64,000 nucleotides of DNA from Antedon mediterranea (taxonomy: Eukaryota; Animalia; Echinodermata), in NCBI RefSeq assembly GCF_964355755.1, contig NC_092680.1:15075045-15139044 (forward strand), in the 5' to 3' direction. Under the pieces are notes generated by a model. It made no database searches. It was not told the origin of the DNA and was given only the letters and a program-made list of their open reading frames with translations. The translations under genes were made by a program, and so were the position numbers. Of this stretch, positions 38,406 to 51,083 are shown piece by piece (position 1 is the stretch's first letter; each line of letters opens with the position of its first letter).

Positions 38406-38539
38406 AGAAAATCATTGTGGCAATATGAGTAATCTTGATTGTTCATAAATGCCATCAAGGAGAGGTTGAACAAATGTAGAAAGAAATAAGGGGATACAAA
38501 CTATCAATAGTAGAGAAAAAGACAACTTGTATGAATAGT

Positions 38540-39545
38540 CCCTTACAAAAATGTTCTATAGAACTCTATAGAATTCTATAGAAGTTTTAATAGAATTCTA
38601 TGTTACTCTATAGAAACAGATAATTTCTATAGAAAATGTTTTATAGAATTTATAGATTCTATGTATCTCTATAGAGTTCTATAGAAGAATTCTATGTTAC
38701 TCTATAGAAACAGATAAATGTTTTATAGAATTTATAGATTCTATGTATCTCTATAGAGTTCTATAGAAGAATTCTATGTTACTCTATAGAAACAGATAAA
38801 TGTTTTATAGAATTTATAGATTCTATGAAACTACTTCTATAGAATTCTATATAACATTTAATATAGAATTATATTGAGTTCTATAGAAATTTATAACATT
38901 TTCTATAGAATTCTATATTGAGTTCTATAGAAATCTATAACATTTTCTATAGAATTCTATATTGAGTTCTATAGAAATCTATAACATTTTCTATAGAATT
39001 CTATATTGAGTTCTATAGAAATCTATAACATTTTCTATAGAATTCTATATTGAGTTCTATAGAAATCTATAACATTTTCTATAGAATTCTATATTGAGTT
39101 CTATAGAAATCTATAACATTTTCTATAGAATTCTATATTGAGTTCTATAGAAATCTATAACATTTTCTATAGAATTCTATATTGAGTTCTATAGAAATCT
39201 ATAACATTTTCTATAGAATTCTATATTGAGTTCTATAGAATACTATAACATTCTATGGTAAAAGTATACCCATAAACTTTATTTTCTATAGAAAATATTT
39301 TAAATTTTATATAAGATTCTATAAAAAAATATTACATTTTTCTATAGAATTCTATGAATTTTTATAGAATATTGATAGAAAAGTGGCCCACTTTTCTATA
39401 GAAATTCTATGAAATCTCTATAGAATATTGATAGAGGTTTTATAGAATCGTTCTATAGAAATTCTATAAACCAATTCTATAGAATATCTTATAGAAATTC
39501 TATAAATTTTTTTTTATAGAATTCTATAGAACATTTTTGTAAGGG
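38540..39545. mobile_element. CCC...GGG-terminal TIR element (animal EnSpm/CACTA-like) filled with TTCTATAGAA-based tandem repeats
   Basis: 24-bp perfect TIR CCCTTACAAAAATGTTCTATAGAA with GT on both flanks (possible 2-bp TSD). About nine 44-bp units (ATTGAG at 38873, 38917 ... 39225). Confidence 0.85.
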
Positions 39546-39639
39546 GTATTTATAGTAATATTATTATTATTATTATCAGAATGAACTATATGATGTATTA
39601 TTTAAGATGTATAGCCCTAAGGCTTGGTTCCCACTAGGA

Positions 39640-39817
39640 AAAGGTAAAGGTATTTATACTGATCCTTAAGCTTACTGGAAACTGGGGAAATTCGGATTGG
39701 GCCCTCTACGAACCCACTGCAGTCAGCAGTGCAGCGCCTACCAGATCAGCACACCGGGAGACGATCCCCTACTTCTTTCGCGTGCAATATTATGTACACG
39801 GAACCAAGACCTTTACA
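39640..39817 (-). mobile_element. Truncated SINE fragment (Deu-like) with (TACCTT)n-like tail
   Basis: Minus strand reads GTAAAGGTCTTGGTTCCGTG...CGAAAGAAGTAGGGGATCGTCTCCCGGTGTG and ends TACCTTTACCTTTT. Confidence 0.45.
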
Positions 39818-42263
39818 GTTTGTGATTTATAATATATCAAAAGCCTACTTCTTAACTTAATAATTGAAAAACAAAAGTACAAAACTTATTAAATATACGA
39901 ATTAATTAATTATCTATCTGATTAAAACCTGCGTCTAGTATTGTGCATAAAAGTGTACGAAATATTGCCATATTTCTCTTTTCGGTATAGCCTAAAACTA
40001 GACATTTAGTTTGTCATGAAATAACAACGATGGATATAGAGATTTTAGGATTTGCAAGTTTAAGTTGTCATTTTATTTGATAAGTATAAAGCTTTGAATC
40101 ACTAATGAATGAACGAGATCAGCTAATCCAGTTAATACTCAACAAATCAAAAAGTAAATCTACAAAAATCTTTAAAATAATAGTAAACTCGGATATATGC
40201 ATTAATGTGGGTGATATCACAGAAAATCTACACAATAATACAATTATGATTAATCATAGTCTGCTTTAGTACTTGTTTACATGACGTTATCTTCCTATAT
40301 TTACTTCTTTTGAAATTTTAGACTAAATCGAATTTATGTCCAAATAAGGACTTTAAAACTACAATTCCAATAATATTAAGTAAAATGGTAACTGAAAATT
40401 GATAAAAAAGGAGATTAAAAATATCTTACTGAATGATTGTTGGAGACGCGAGAGCAGCGTGGTCCAAGAGGATTGTACCACGCCCTCTCAGTTCTCAAAA
40501 TAGAATCGTGTTAAACTTTGTTTTCACATAATTCTTGCTTACGTATGTGTATGTGTTTTTGTGTATTTTATATAAATGATCAAGAAATAAATAGTGAAAA
40601 ATGAAAACGATGTTAAGATTCTTATTTTATGTTAATATTATAAAAATGTTTTTATTGGCAATATCTAATATGTAAGCGAGTTAAGCGTGTCCTCAAATGC
40701 ACCATCCTAAAATGTTTGCATTAACATGATAACTTGACAGGCATACTGTACTTCTCTGAGACTCTTGTATCCCTGAATAGTCTCTCCTGTCATAATGAAA
40801 TATAAAAGTCTGCCCTTATCTAAAAAGAGTTAAAATACTTTTTTTTGACTTATTTTCTTCAACTTACTTTCTGTCCAACTATATTTACCAGAAAGTCTTT
40901 CTTTATGGAAACTCTAACTAAAAGTAACAGACCGCCCTTTCTTTGATTCAAACCGGACCAATGTTTTTGGTAGTTTACCTAGAATGCCATTATATTTGAG
41001 ATATTTACTTTTTTGAATTTTGGTGAAATATGAATAGGCCCATGTCCATGACTTATGACTTGTGGGTATATGTTAATTATATTACAGTTGAACTTAATCA
41101 TACTGAGGGAGAAGTTGTAAGACATCTGTTTTGAAAACCGTGAAACAAAAATTAAAGTTTATTATACTACTGCTTCCGTCAGCAAAAAAAAGGACAAAAA
41201 TAGCGAATAGAAGAGATTCCCGCACTGGGCAAAAACTGGTTGAATTAACGTTAATTCAACGTTATCTGCAAACGTTGAAATGACGTCGTTAAAGTGTTGA
41301 AAATGAAAGTTTGCATCAACGAAAATGTCAACGTTGATTCACATAGAAATTATCAACGTCGAAACAACGTAAAAATAAGTAACGTTAAAATAACATCGGA
41401 AAATTGTTGAAAATGAAAGTTTGCATCAATATAAATGTCAACGTTAATTCAACGTTGAAATGATCAACATTGAAATGTTGAAATTATTAATTTTGAAACA
41501 ACGTAATGATTTAGTTACCAACGCATTTACTGTTTGTGATTTATAATATATCAAAAGCCTACTTCTTAACTTAAATATTGAAAAACAAAAGTACAAACAT
41601 TATTAAATATACGACTTAATTAATCTATCTGATTAAAAACCTGCGTCTAGTGTGTGCATAAAAGTGTACGAAATATTGCCATATCTCTTTATAAGAGTAT
41701 AAACTCGGTATAAACTAGACATTTAGTTTGTCATGAAATAACAACGATGGATATAGAGATTTTAGGATTTGCAAGTTTAAGTTGTCATTTTATTTGATAA
41801 GTATAAAGCTTTGAATCACTAATGAATGAACGAGATCAGCTAATCCAGTTAATACTCAACAAATCAAAAAGTAAATCTACAAAAATCTTTAAGATAATAG
41901 TAAACTCGGATATATGCATTAATGTGGGTGATATCACAGAAAGATCTACACAATAATACAATTATGATTAATCATATTCTGCTGTAGTACTTGTTTACAT
42001 GACGTTATCTTCCTATATTTACTTTTGTTGAAGTTTAGACTAAATCGAATTTATGTCCAAATAAGGACTTTAAAACTACAATTCCAATTATATTAGATAA
42101 AATGGTAACTGAGAATTGATAAAAAAGGAGATTAAAAATATCTTACTGAATGATTGTTGGAGACGCGAGAGCAGCGTGGTCCAAGAGGATTGTACCACGC
42201 CCTCTCAGTTCTCAAAATAGAATCGTGTTAAACTTTGTTTTCACATAATTCTTGCTTACGTAT

Positions 42264-42439
42264 TGTAATATAATGTTGCGTTGTTGAGGTACTAAAGAAG
42301 GACTCTATTATAAACTAAATGGTCATTAAAACATCTGGACAAACTCTCCTTTGGACTTTCTGCGTCAAGTTTGTGAACCTATTTGAATTCCGATACAAAG
42401 GTCAATTTCTTAAATATAAAAGTATATCGTTATATCACA
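42264..42439 (-). repeat. 3' LTR (176 bp)
   Basis: Identical to 52734-52909 except one C/G (TGCGTC vs TGGGTC). Preceded on the minus strand by a polypurine tract. Confidence 0.97.
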
Positions 42440-42522
42440 TCCCTCTGTTTCCCTTTTTTTTTTCTTCTAATCTATTTAAAATATAAAAATGGTTATAATA
42501 GTGGCATGCAAAATTAAAGTTA

Positions 42523-45500
42523 CTAGATGGCACGCTCGCTTCGCTCGCGTACCATCTAGGGGTGCTCACAGATGGTTCTCGAATACAGTAGAATCCACGG
42601 ACGGGGACTTTTTTGGGACACTAAACAAAAACGGAAGTGTCCCCCTAATTGGGGTATTCAGAAATAGAGACAACAAAACCAATACTGGATTCCATAAAGG
42701 ACAATTAATTTATGTGGATTAAAGAAATTAGGGAGAAATGGAAATGTATGTACGGGAATTGGGCGGCAGCACGTGGTGGTGGTGATGGAACCGCAGTAAT
42801 AAAGTTGATTGTATTTATATATTATAAGAACCAAACTAAATAAATAGACCTAGACATTCTGCGAAATGGAAATCGGAAATTCAAGCTCCTATTCAGTGAA
42901 AAATTAAACTGTAGTCTACCTAAATATTTAGCGCAAATCATCGGTTGTGGTGTTGAACTTCCTGTAAACATTTGTGTGAACCAAACTGGGTCGAATTTCT
43001 GTCATGAGTACTGATTTGTTGGCCGGTGATTTATGACGCCTAAGGGATCTATCTAGACTTATTTTTTAGAATAATGTACGTACCTGTCAGATACAATTGT
43101 CTTGTGTCGTATAATAAATAAGTACTGTAATAGTTACTGAAGTTACTATTACAATCTCGTCAATGAAAACACGAAAATGTATATGCACTTACTTATGAAA
43201 ACGTATACAGTATTATACTCAGTTATTGAAACAGTAGGTTTAAAAAAGTTTCGTTTGTCTGTAAAATGATGTAATCAAGCTGTTTACATGAGTCTTAATT
43301 TATAAGCACATCAATAATAAAATAGTTTATCTATCCTGTAATTGCCGAGATTATGGTCGCTGTTGAATGAAATAAAGCCAATCGGTATCATATTTGTACA
43401 GAAACGTTTTCGCGGCCGAAGGGTGTAACCTAAATTCGTTGTATTATTATTATCGTCAAGAACTAACTGTAACTACATAGAAAGTAGGGTATCATAAATT
43501 TGGCCTTAGCACTCGGGGGAGTGGCTAAGATGAAGTCCGTGGGACTACTAAATATAAATTGTAATGAACCTCGAGGGACATAAATAGGAATATTTCATGT
43601 TTCATTATCAATGTATAATAAATGGAAACTGTTTACCGATTCAAATAATAGAAATTGGTTTTTAACATTTTCCGAACCTATTGCAAGTTTATTCTCAAAG
43701 GGCCCATATATTTACCTACCGTATGTGTTAAACCAAGGGCTCATAAATTTACCTACAGTACTTGTGTTAAACCAAACTACTGGATGTTCCATTCATCGCA
43801 AATCAATACATTTGTATAATCGTATATTAAATCTATCAAAATAGTATTTTTTAAAGAAAATCGGCCTGTCTTCAACATTATGATGGTGTACTCTAGCAAT
43901 CTATCAAAATAGTATTTTTTTAAAGAAAATCGGCCTGTCTTCAACATTATGATGGTGTACTCTAGCTGTTCAACCGGTTTTCAGCTATTAAAAACAATTA
44001 TCGTAGGAGGAGATAGGAAAATGCGAAGCCTCCTCGCTATGTAACATTAGGGTTGAGGGATGGGAAAGCGGATAGGTACAAAGAGGAACAATTTTTAAAT
44101 ATATTCTTTATCCACTGAGTAACGAAATATTTTGTTCATGTTTTATAGGCCTATAAATAATATACCTCTAAATACAGTAGGCCTAAAACATTTGCGATTT
44201 AATACTTTGTTAAAATTGTCACTGTCATAATCGATTGAAATATTAAAGTACATGTCACGATACACCACTACGACGTTTATATTTTTGGTAATTATTAATT
44301 AATACAAACGTTGAGAAGGAACTGTCAGTATAAAGTTTATTTGTATATCTAACAGTAGAGCCTATCCACAGTCTCAGTAATAAAGTTTATTTGTATATAT
44401 TTTTATATTACATCTAACAGTACGAACATTCACAGTAAGAAATGTTCGATTCAAATGAAAAATAGTTAATAGGTATTTACAGTATTGTCAAAGTATTGCA
44501 AGTTTATTCTCAAAGGGCCCATATATTTACCTACCGTATGTGTTAAACCAAGGGCTCATAAATTTACCTACAGTACTTGTGTTAAACCAAACTACTGGAT
44601 GTTCCATTCATCGCAAATCAATACATTTGTATAATCGTATATTAAATCTATCAAAATAGTATTTTTTAAAGAAAATCGGCCTGTCTTCAACATTATGATG
44701 GTGTACTCTAGCAATCTATCAAAATAGTATTTTTTTAAAGAAAATCGGCCTGTCTTCAACATTATGATGGTGTACTCTAGCTGTTCAACCGGTTTTCAGC
44801 TATTAAAAACAATTATCGTAGGAGGAGATAGGAAAATGCGAAGCCTCCTCGCTATGTAACATTAGGGTTGAGGGATGGGAAAGCGGATAGGTACAAAGAG
44901 GAACAATTTTTAAATATATTCTTTATCCACTGAGTAACGAAATATTTTGTTCATGTTTTATAGGCCTATAAATAATATACCTCTAAATACAGTAGGCCTA
45001 AAACATTTGCGATTTAATACTTTGTTAAAATTGTCACTGTCATAATCGATTGAAATATTAAAGTACATGTCACGATACACCACTACGACGTTTATATTTT
45101 TGGTAATTATTAATTAATACAAACGTTGAGAAGGAACTGTCAGTATAAAGTTTATTTGTATATCTAACAGTAGAGCCTATCCACAGTCTCAGTAATAAAG
45201 TTTATTTGTATATATTTTTATATTACATCTAACAGTACGAACATTCACAGTAAGAAATGTTCGATTCAAATGAAAAATAGTTAATAGGTATTTACAGTAT
45301 TGTCAAAGTATTGCAAGTTTATTCTCAAAGGGCCCATATATTTACCTACCGTATGTGTTAAACCAAGGGCTCATAAATTTACCTACAGTACTTGTGTTAA
45401 ACCAACTCTGGCAGACTGAGAGATTGGGATGTTCCATTCATCGCAAATCAATACATTTGTATAATCGTATATTAAATCTATCAAAATAGTATTTTTTAAA

Positions 45501-45887
45501 GAAAATCGGCCTGTCTTCAACATTATGATGGTGTACTCTAGCTGTTCAACCGGTTTTCAGCTATTAAAAACAATTATCGTAGGAGGAGATAGAAAAATGC
45601 GAAGCCTCCTCGCATTTTTTTGGCGGGTATTTTTCAAGATGGACATCCATTAGACAGTGTATACCACGATCGGAAAACACCCCTATTTGGGGCAAATCTT
45701 TGAACCTAAATTCGTTTTAATCGTCAATAACTAATTATCTAACTCAATTTAATTAGTAAACAGGGTTACATCAGGCGGTTAAAATAAGTACCGAAAGTAC
45801 GAACCAACTTTACATACCATCGAGTGAAAATTCTAGAAGTAAGGCGCGATTTACCGAATTTTGCCCTTACGTAAATTTATATATAGA
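42523..45887 (-). mobile_element. Non-autonomous Helitron (~3.37 kb) nested between pol and the PPT of the Gypsy element
   Basis: Minus strand has 5' A|TCTATATATAAATTTAC at 45887 and 3' ...GGTACGCGAGCGAAGCGAGCGTGCCATCTAG|T at 42523 (GC-rich hairpin plus CTAG). Inserted in an AT dinucleotide with no TSD. The 5' end is shared with the copy at 1-194. No RepHel ORF. Confidence 0.85.
43681..45613. repeat. 815-bp tandem repeat (~2.4 copies) inside the Helitron
   Basis: TTGCAAGTTTATTCTCAAAGGGCCC at 43681, 44496 and 45311. An internal 68-bp duplication is present in copies 1-2 and single in copy 3. Confidence 0.92.
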
Positions 45888-46708
45888 TATAAAAAAAAAA
45901 AACATTATTATACATATATGCAAAATTGAGTTAGCCAAAACCACTGACTCTGAAGTGTAACCTTATCACTTTCACTCTCTCTCTTCTCTCTCTTAAAAAA
46001 ATGAAATTAAAAATGAATTTGGTATAAAATTCGCGTAAATCAAACATAAATCAGTTAAAAATAAAATTACAAAACTTAAAAATAGTATGTTACATTGAAC
46101 ATACGTCAAATTGTGCGACAACTCATCGCGTTCTAATGGTCTTCAAACATAAATCATCAAATTAAAACATAAAACTCAAGAAACTGTGGCTGATTAGCCT
46201 AAAATCAAAATATCAAACTCAATCACTTAAAACTTTAAAGAAACAAATGTGTGTGTCCCGTTGACACAAACTTATCCACAATATATCATTATCGTCACAA
46301 CTTTATCGATTTAAGCATTTATATTCACAGGTAATTACGATTTCAATCAATCGACAAATTCGACTTTTGTACTCAATTTAAAAAATATTAAAATTAAAAG
46401 TACTAAGAAAATCTCCTGTTATTGTATATCAATTAATTAATGCTTGAGATTAACGACTCAAAGGTTAAACAAAATATTTGTTACAAAATGATTGTCGTTC
46501 TTTTCAATATCTCAATATATCGATCATCAAAATTCAAATTTAATCTTTATCAAAAAACTCGTTACAAAATCAATACTTAAACATAAATTCAATTCTCTTT
46601 TAACTGAAATCACATCATTACTAAACAAATCTCATCAAATACGTAGACTATGCTATCATTAATTTAGCAAATGTCGTAATTTAAAATAATCTTGCAAAAA
46701 AATTAAAT

Positions 46709-48075
46709 CAGTAACTTGTTGCATTATACAAACGTTTTATGAATCGTTTTGGCGATCCACTTATCGGTATCTGTTTATCTTTAATGATCTCTTTAATCAA
46801 TTTATCTGTATCGTTATATCTGTCAATATTCCACCAAAATTTGCGATCATTAGATTCGTGTTTTGTTTTATCGGTGTTGCGTTTGGCTGAAGTCGGTTTA
46901 GAATACGAAACAAAAACTTGGAAATGTCCTGCTTTAAATCTACCTCAGTTTAATGTCATACTTGAATCATTAGGTGCCGTCATAATTAGATTAGTTTGTT
47001 CCTTTATTTGTTCTTCTTTCATATGGAATGGGGCTGCTAATCCCATGTTATTCTCTACACAGTCAATGTAAGGTTGCAAGTTAAGGGGTTCTATCTTAGT
47101 TGGATGTGTAAGGGTATCTGATTGCAATTGGGCTGGTGTCCTATCATGTTCGTCTACAAATTCAACATTGATTTCGTCATTTACTACATTAATGGTGTTT
47201 TGGATTTTATCGTTATTATCATCAGTTGGTTCATTCAACAATTGTTTAAGTTTTTGTAGATGTGTAAAATTTTTGCGTTCTTTAGGCGTTCTCATAAAAC
47301 AGGGTTTCAGTCTGTTATAATTGAATACGTCGCGAAGTATTTCTCCTTTAATCGTCGCTAGGATGTAGTGTGTTCTGTCTAGTACTTCATGAATCACTAA
47401 TGGTCCGACCCATTCTGCGGCGATTTTCTTTGAATTTGCTGTTAGTGATGATGATGTTGGCTTGTATAAATATACGAGTTGTCCTACTGAGTAAATTGGA
47501 CTTTTTTCTAAGCGTTGGGAAATCTTTGAGTTTTGGACGTTTTGTTGTGTTCGCTGTAATTGTAGCATTGTCTGTGAAATGTTTTGAAATTTCTTCTTGA
47601 GATGTTCAAAGTATTCTTCATAGGAATGAGACAATCCTGAAATAGGGTTAAATGCTAATGAGGTCAAACTTGGAGGTTGGCGGCCAAAAACTAATTCGTA
47701 AGGGGAGTGGTTTCCTAGATGTGGGGATGAAAACGAGTTATAAGCATAACATGTTGTTGATACAAATCTAACCCAATCTGTTCCGAATTGGTTAAGGTTG
47801 ACCTTTAACAGGTCCGATACGGTGCGGATATGACGTTCAACTTGTAAACTACCGTGATTGTGGACGCTGATGATTTTCCTATCAATATTAAGGTTGTTAC
47901 ATAATAGTGTTAATAATTTTCCTGTAAGGGAGGTTGCTGCATCTGAAATAAGACGAGATGGGGGTCCAAAAATACTGATGACCTTTTGAATTAGTGCTTC
48001 GCAAATTGTTTCGGCATCAATGGATTTCAAAGGTACACAAATCAAAAATCTAGTTATCTCATCACATACTACCAT
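46709..48075 (-). pseudogene. Gypsy integrase core and long C-terminal extension; N-terminus deleted, one in-frame stop
   Basis: ORF 46945..48075 contains VVCDEITRF...FGPPSRLISD...QVER, SPYELVFGR and WVGP (GPY/F-like). The frame stays open for about 78 codons beyond the TGA at 46945-46947. Confidence 0.88.
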
Positions 48076-48303
48076 AATATAGCTAATTGCAATACAAATT
48101 CTCCACCTTTATCTTGGAAAAATAAACGGAATAGTAAACCGTTGCACAATATGTACTGCTCTGACTTATTCTGAACTGCACGAGCTGCTTTCTTATCAGC
48201 TGGAAGGATATCATGAACTAAATAATCGTAAACTGGCTTAAAAAATGGTGAAGTTTCTTGTTCAACACGTAATTGTTTAACATCTACTGGGAGGTTATAA
48301 TCT

Positions 48304-49218
48304 CTAATTATCTAAGTCTTGTTGTTTTGGGATGTGTGCTGACTTAAATTCAGTTATGTTTGGTACTAGTGGTTTGGGCGATGTATACAATTCAACTGGT
48401 ACGTTTCGATGTGTAGTATCTTTGCTTTGCTTATTTTTGTCTACTAGTCGTTCCTCTAGAGGTTGTCGAATGTTTACATTACGTATTGGGGGTGGTGTTA
48501 CGATAGGTGGCGTTATGATAGGCGGTGATCGATGTGCGTTTGTTTGTTGTCTCGTGATTATCTGTGGTGTAGTGGTAGGTTGAGGTGTAGGTCGCGTGTT
48601 TGTTGTCACTGGATTTTGATTAATGACGGGCGTTTGTACTGGTTTGGGTTTATGTAGGTCAGGTATATTTATTCCCATTTTCTTGGCGTATGACCTTGTT
48701 ACTGGTCTGCTAGTAAATGTGTTTGTAATCGGGTTAAGAGATTCAGTCTCTGTAATATTAAATGCAATGGGTACAACTTGATCAATTTCGGAATCGTCAT
48801 CACGAGGGGCTCGGGAGAGGAAATCTGCTAAAACTAATTCAGTTCCTTTCTTATAACCAATTTGGAAAATGTATCCGGACAATCGTAATATTAGTTTCTG
48901 TAAACGGGGTGTACATGGCTGATCTTTTGAATTCCAAATTTGTACAATTGCTGAGTGGTCTACGAATGCATCAAATTCGCAACCCTTTAGTAAATGTCGA
49001 AATGCTGAAACGTTAATGTAAAGTCCAAATAACTCTAATTCTGTGACGCTATATCGTTGACAGGCTTGTGGTAAGATTTTGGAATAATAACCTATTATGT
49101 GTTCTTTACCGTTTACTGTTTGTGTTAAATATGAACCTGTTGCGGTTCTTGAAGTGTCGCTATATAGCGTAAATCTACCTTCTTTTCTAGGCATTTGAAG
49201 AGTTGGTGGTTTAACCAT
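48304..49218 (-). pseudogene. Gypsy RNase H plus Pro/Thr-rich linker (pol fragment, frameshifted at both ends)
   Basis: FTLYSDTSRTATG...IGYYSK...YSVTELEL...VDHSA...LADFLSR are Ty3/Gypsy RNase H motifs. Confidence 0.9.
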
Positions 49219-51080
49219 TAATTGTTTAATTTCGTCAAATGCTTTCTGGTGGTCAGTAGACCAAACAAATTTTCGGCGTTTGCTTGCGAGTGTGTGTAAC
49301 GGACGTAAAAATGGGATACATAATTTACTGCACCAATGAATCGTTTAGTTTCTTTATGGGTTCGTGGGACTGGCAAATTTCGGATAGCTGCACACCTGTC
49401 GCCTAATGGTGTGATACATGCGTGTCCTGAAGAATTAATCAGGATGGTGTGTCCCATATATTGCACTTTATTCTTGAATAACTTACATTTCTTTGGACAA
49501 ATTCTAAAACCATTTAATTGTAGGGCTTGTAAAACGGAAACAAGGTGCTGCTTATGAGCAAATTTGTCTTGGCTAAATAAAATGATATCATCATGATGGG
49601 CGATACAGAATTCTCTAGAATTTGGGATTTCATTTAAAATTTCGTCAATCTTTGCTTGAAATATACCTGGCGAAACGTTTAGTCCTTGTGCTAATCTCTT
49701 ATAATAATAATGCTTTCCACCATGATATGAAGCTATACCTGTGTATTGTTGGGCATGTTCGGCTAATGGTACACAGTGGAACGCTGATTTCAAATCAATT
49801 ACGCTAAGAATCTGTGCATTAGCGTTACCTATTGTTTTCAAAGTTTCGGCCAATAATGGGAATGGGTGATTAATACGTTTTATCCTGGAATTGAGATAGC
49901 GGAAGTCTGTGACAACTCTTTTATCTTTTGAATTTTTCTTTGAAACAAGAAGGATAGGGGAAGTATACGATTGGTGTCCTACTGCTAAGATTCCTAATTT
50001 GACTAATTTGTTCAATTCGGCCTCAATAACATGTTTGTCTTTGTCTGTCGCGAAGTATGGGCGAATAAAAAATGGTTCATCGTTAGAGAGGTGTATGTCA
50101 GCTTTGAAGTTTGGGCAGCTAGATAGTTCACCATAAAGTGAAAATGCGTTTCTGTTTTGTTGTAAGGTTTTATACAAATCTTCTTTTTCTCTATGTGTTA
50201 AAACGCTGTCTGTTAAATCAACTTGTTTTCTAATTATTTCTTCCTCGGTTAAAGATAGCAATGGGTCTGTACGTTCTAAATGTGGGTACTTGTTTGCGTT
50301 GTCATTGGTCAACTTTATTCTATCAATTGGTAGGTCGTTAGTAACTGTTACAAGGTTGGTTAAGTGAAGGCTCGCGATAGGTTGATGTGTATTTAGAGAT
50401 ACGTTTCTGTTTGTGTTGTTAGTGATATCAATGTTGGTTTCTCCTCTATGTAATTTTACTAACATATCTGATGGACAAAGTTTTGAAATATGGGTGGTTG
50501 CATGTAGAACAACATCAGAATTGCGTACAAAGGCGGGAACCCTTCCTTTTAATTTAACTGTTTTAGTATCACCGGGTTTAAGAAAAATCTTGTGTACTGG
50601 ACGAAAGCTAAAAATTTTTGGTCTAATGCGAAATGTGTTTTCCTTAAAATTTAAAGTACCGTCGAGTTCAGACAATGTTTCGGTTCCAAGTATCAGGTCA
50701 ATACCTGTCAAATTTTTAACGATTAATGCTGAAATTTTAAATTTGTGTCCTTGGATAAATAATTCGAATTGCACTAAGTGGTTGGCATATAAGAAGTCAC
50801 CGTTACCTAATCGAAATTTAGTTGTGTTCACTTTAACTGGCTTTAAACGCGATAAATAAAGTGAGGAATTAACGTACGATTGTGAGATTATAGTTCTAGT
50901 TGAACCACTGTCAAATAAAGTTAAAACATTTCTACCATCTGGTAAATTTCCTTTAACGTAATTTCTGTCGTTAAGTAACAAATCAATATTATCTGAATTC
51001 CCTAAGTATTTTGCCTTAAAATTGTCGTATTTAGTATGGGGGGCCAGATTATAGGCGGCATCTAGTCCCCTTTTTAAAAA
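49218..51080 (-). pseudogene. Gypsy pol: aspartic protease and reverse transcriptase, in the -1 frame of gag and frameshifted near 49305
   Basis: PR motif LFDSGS; RT motifs SPILLVSKK..RVVTDFRYLN, IDLKSAFH, LAQGLNVSPGIFQ, AHHDDII, KCKLF..VQYMGH. The frame is open from the gag stop region (FLKRGLDAAYNLAPH...). Confidence 0.93.
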
Positions 51081-51083
51081 TCC
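51040..51083 (-). promoter_or_regulatory. Programmed -1 ribosomal frameshift signal (gag-pol)
   Basis: Slippery G GAT TTT (51083-51077) immediately before the gag TAA, a 6-nt spacer, then hairpin GGGGACTAGAT..ATCTGGCCCC. pol is in the -1 frame. Confidence 0.75.

Noticed and set aside
38860-39250. CRISPR-like regularly spaced palindromic repeats
   Set aside because: Units are contiguous and near-identical with no unique spacers or cas genes, inside a eukaryotic TIR element.
42440-46700. env-like third ORF in the long 3' region of the Gypsy element
   Set aside because: No long ORF is present. Most of the length is the nested Helitron and its tandem repeats.
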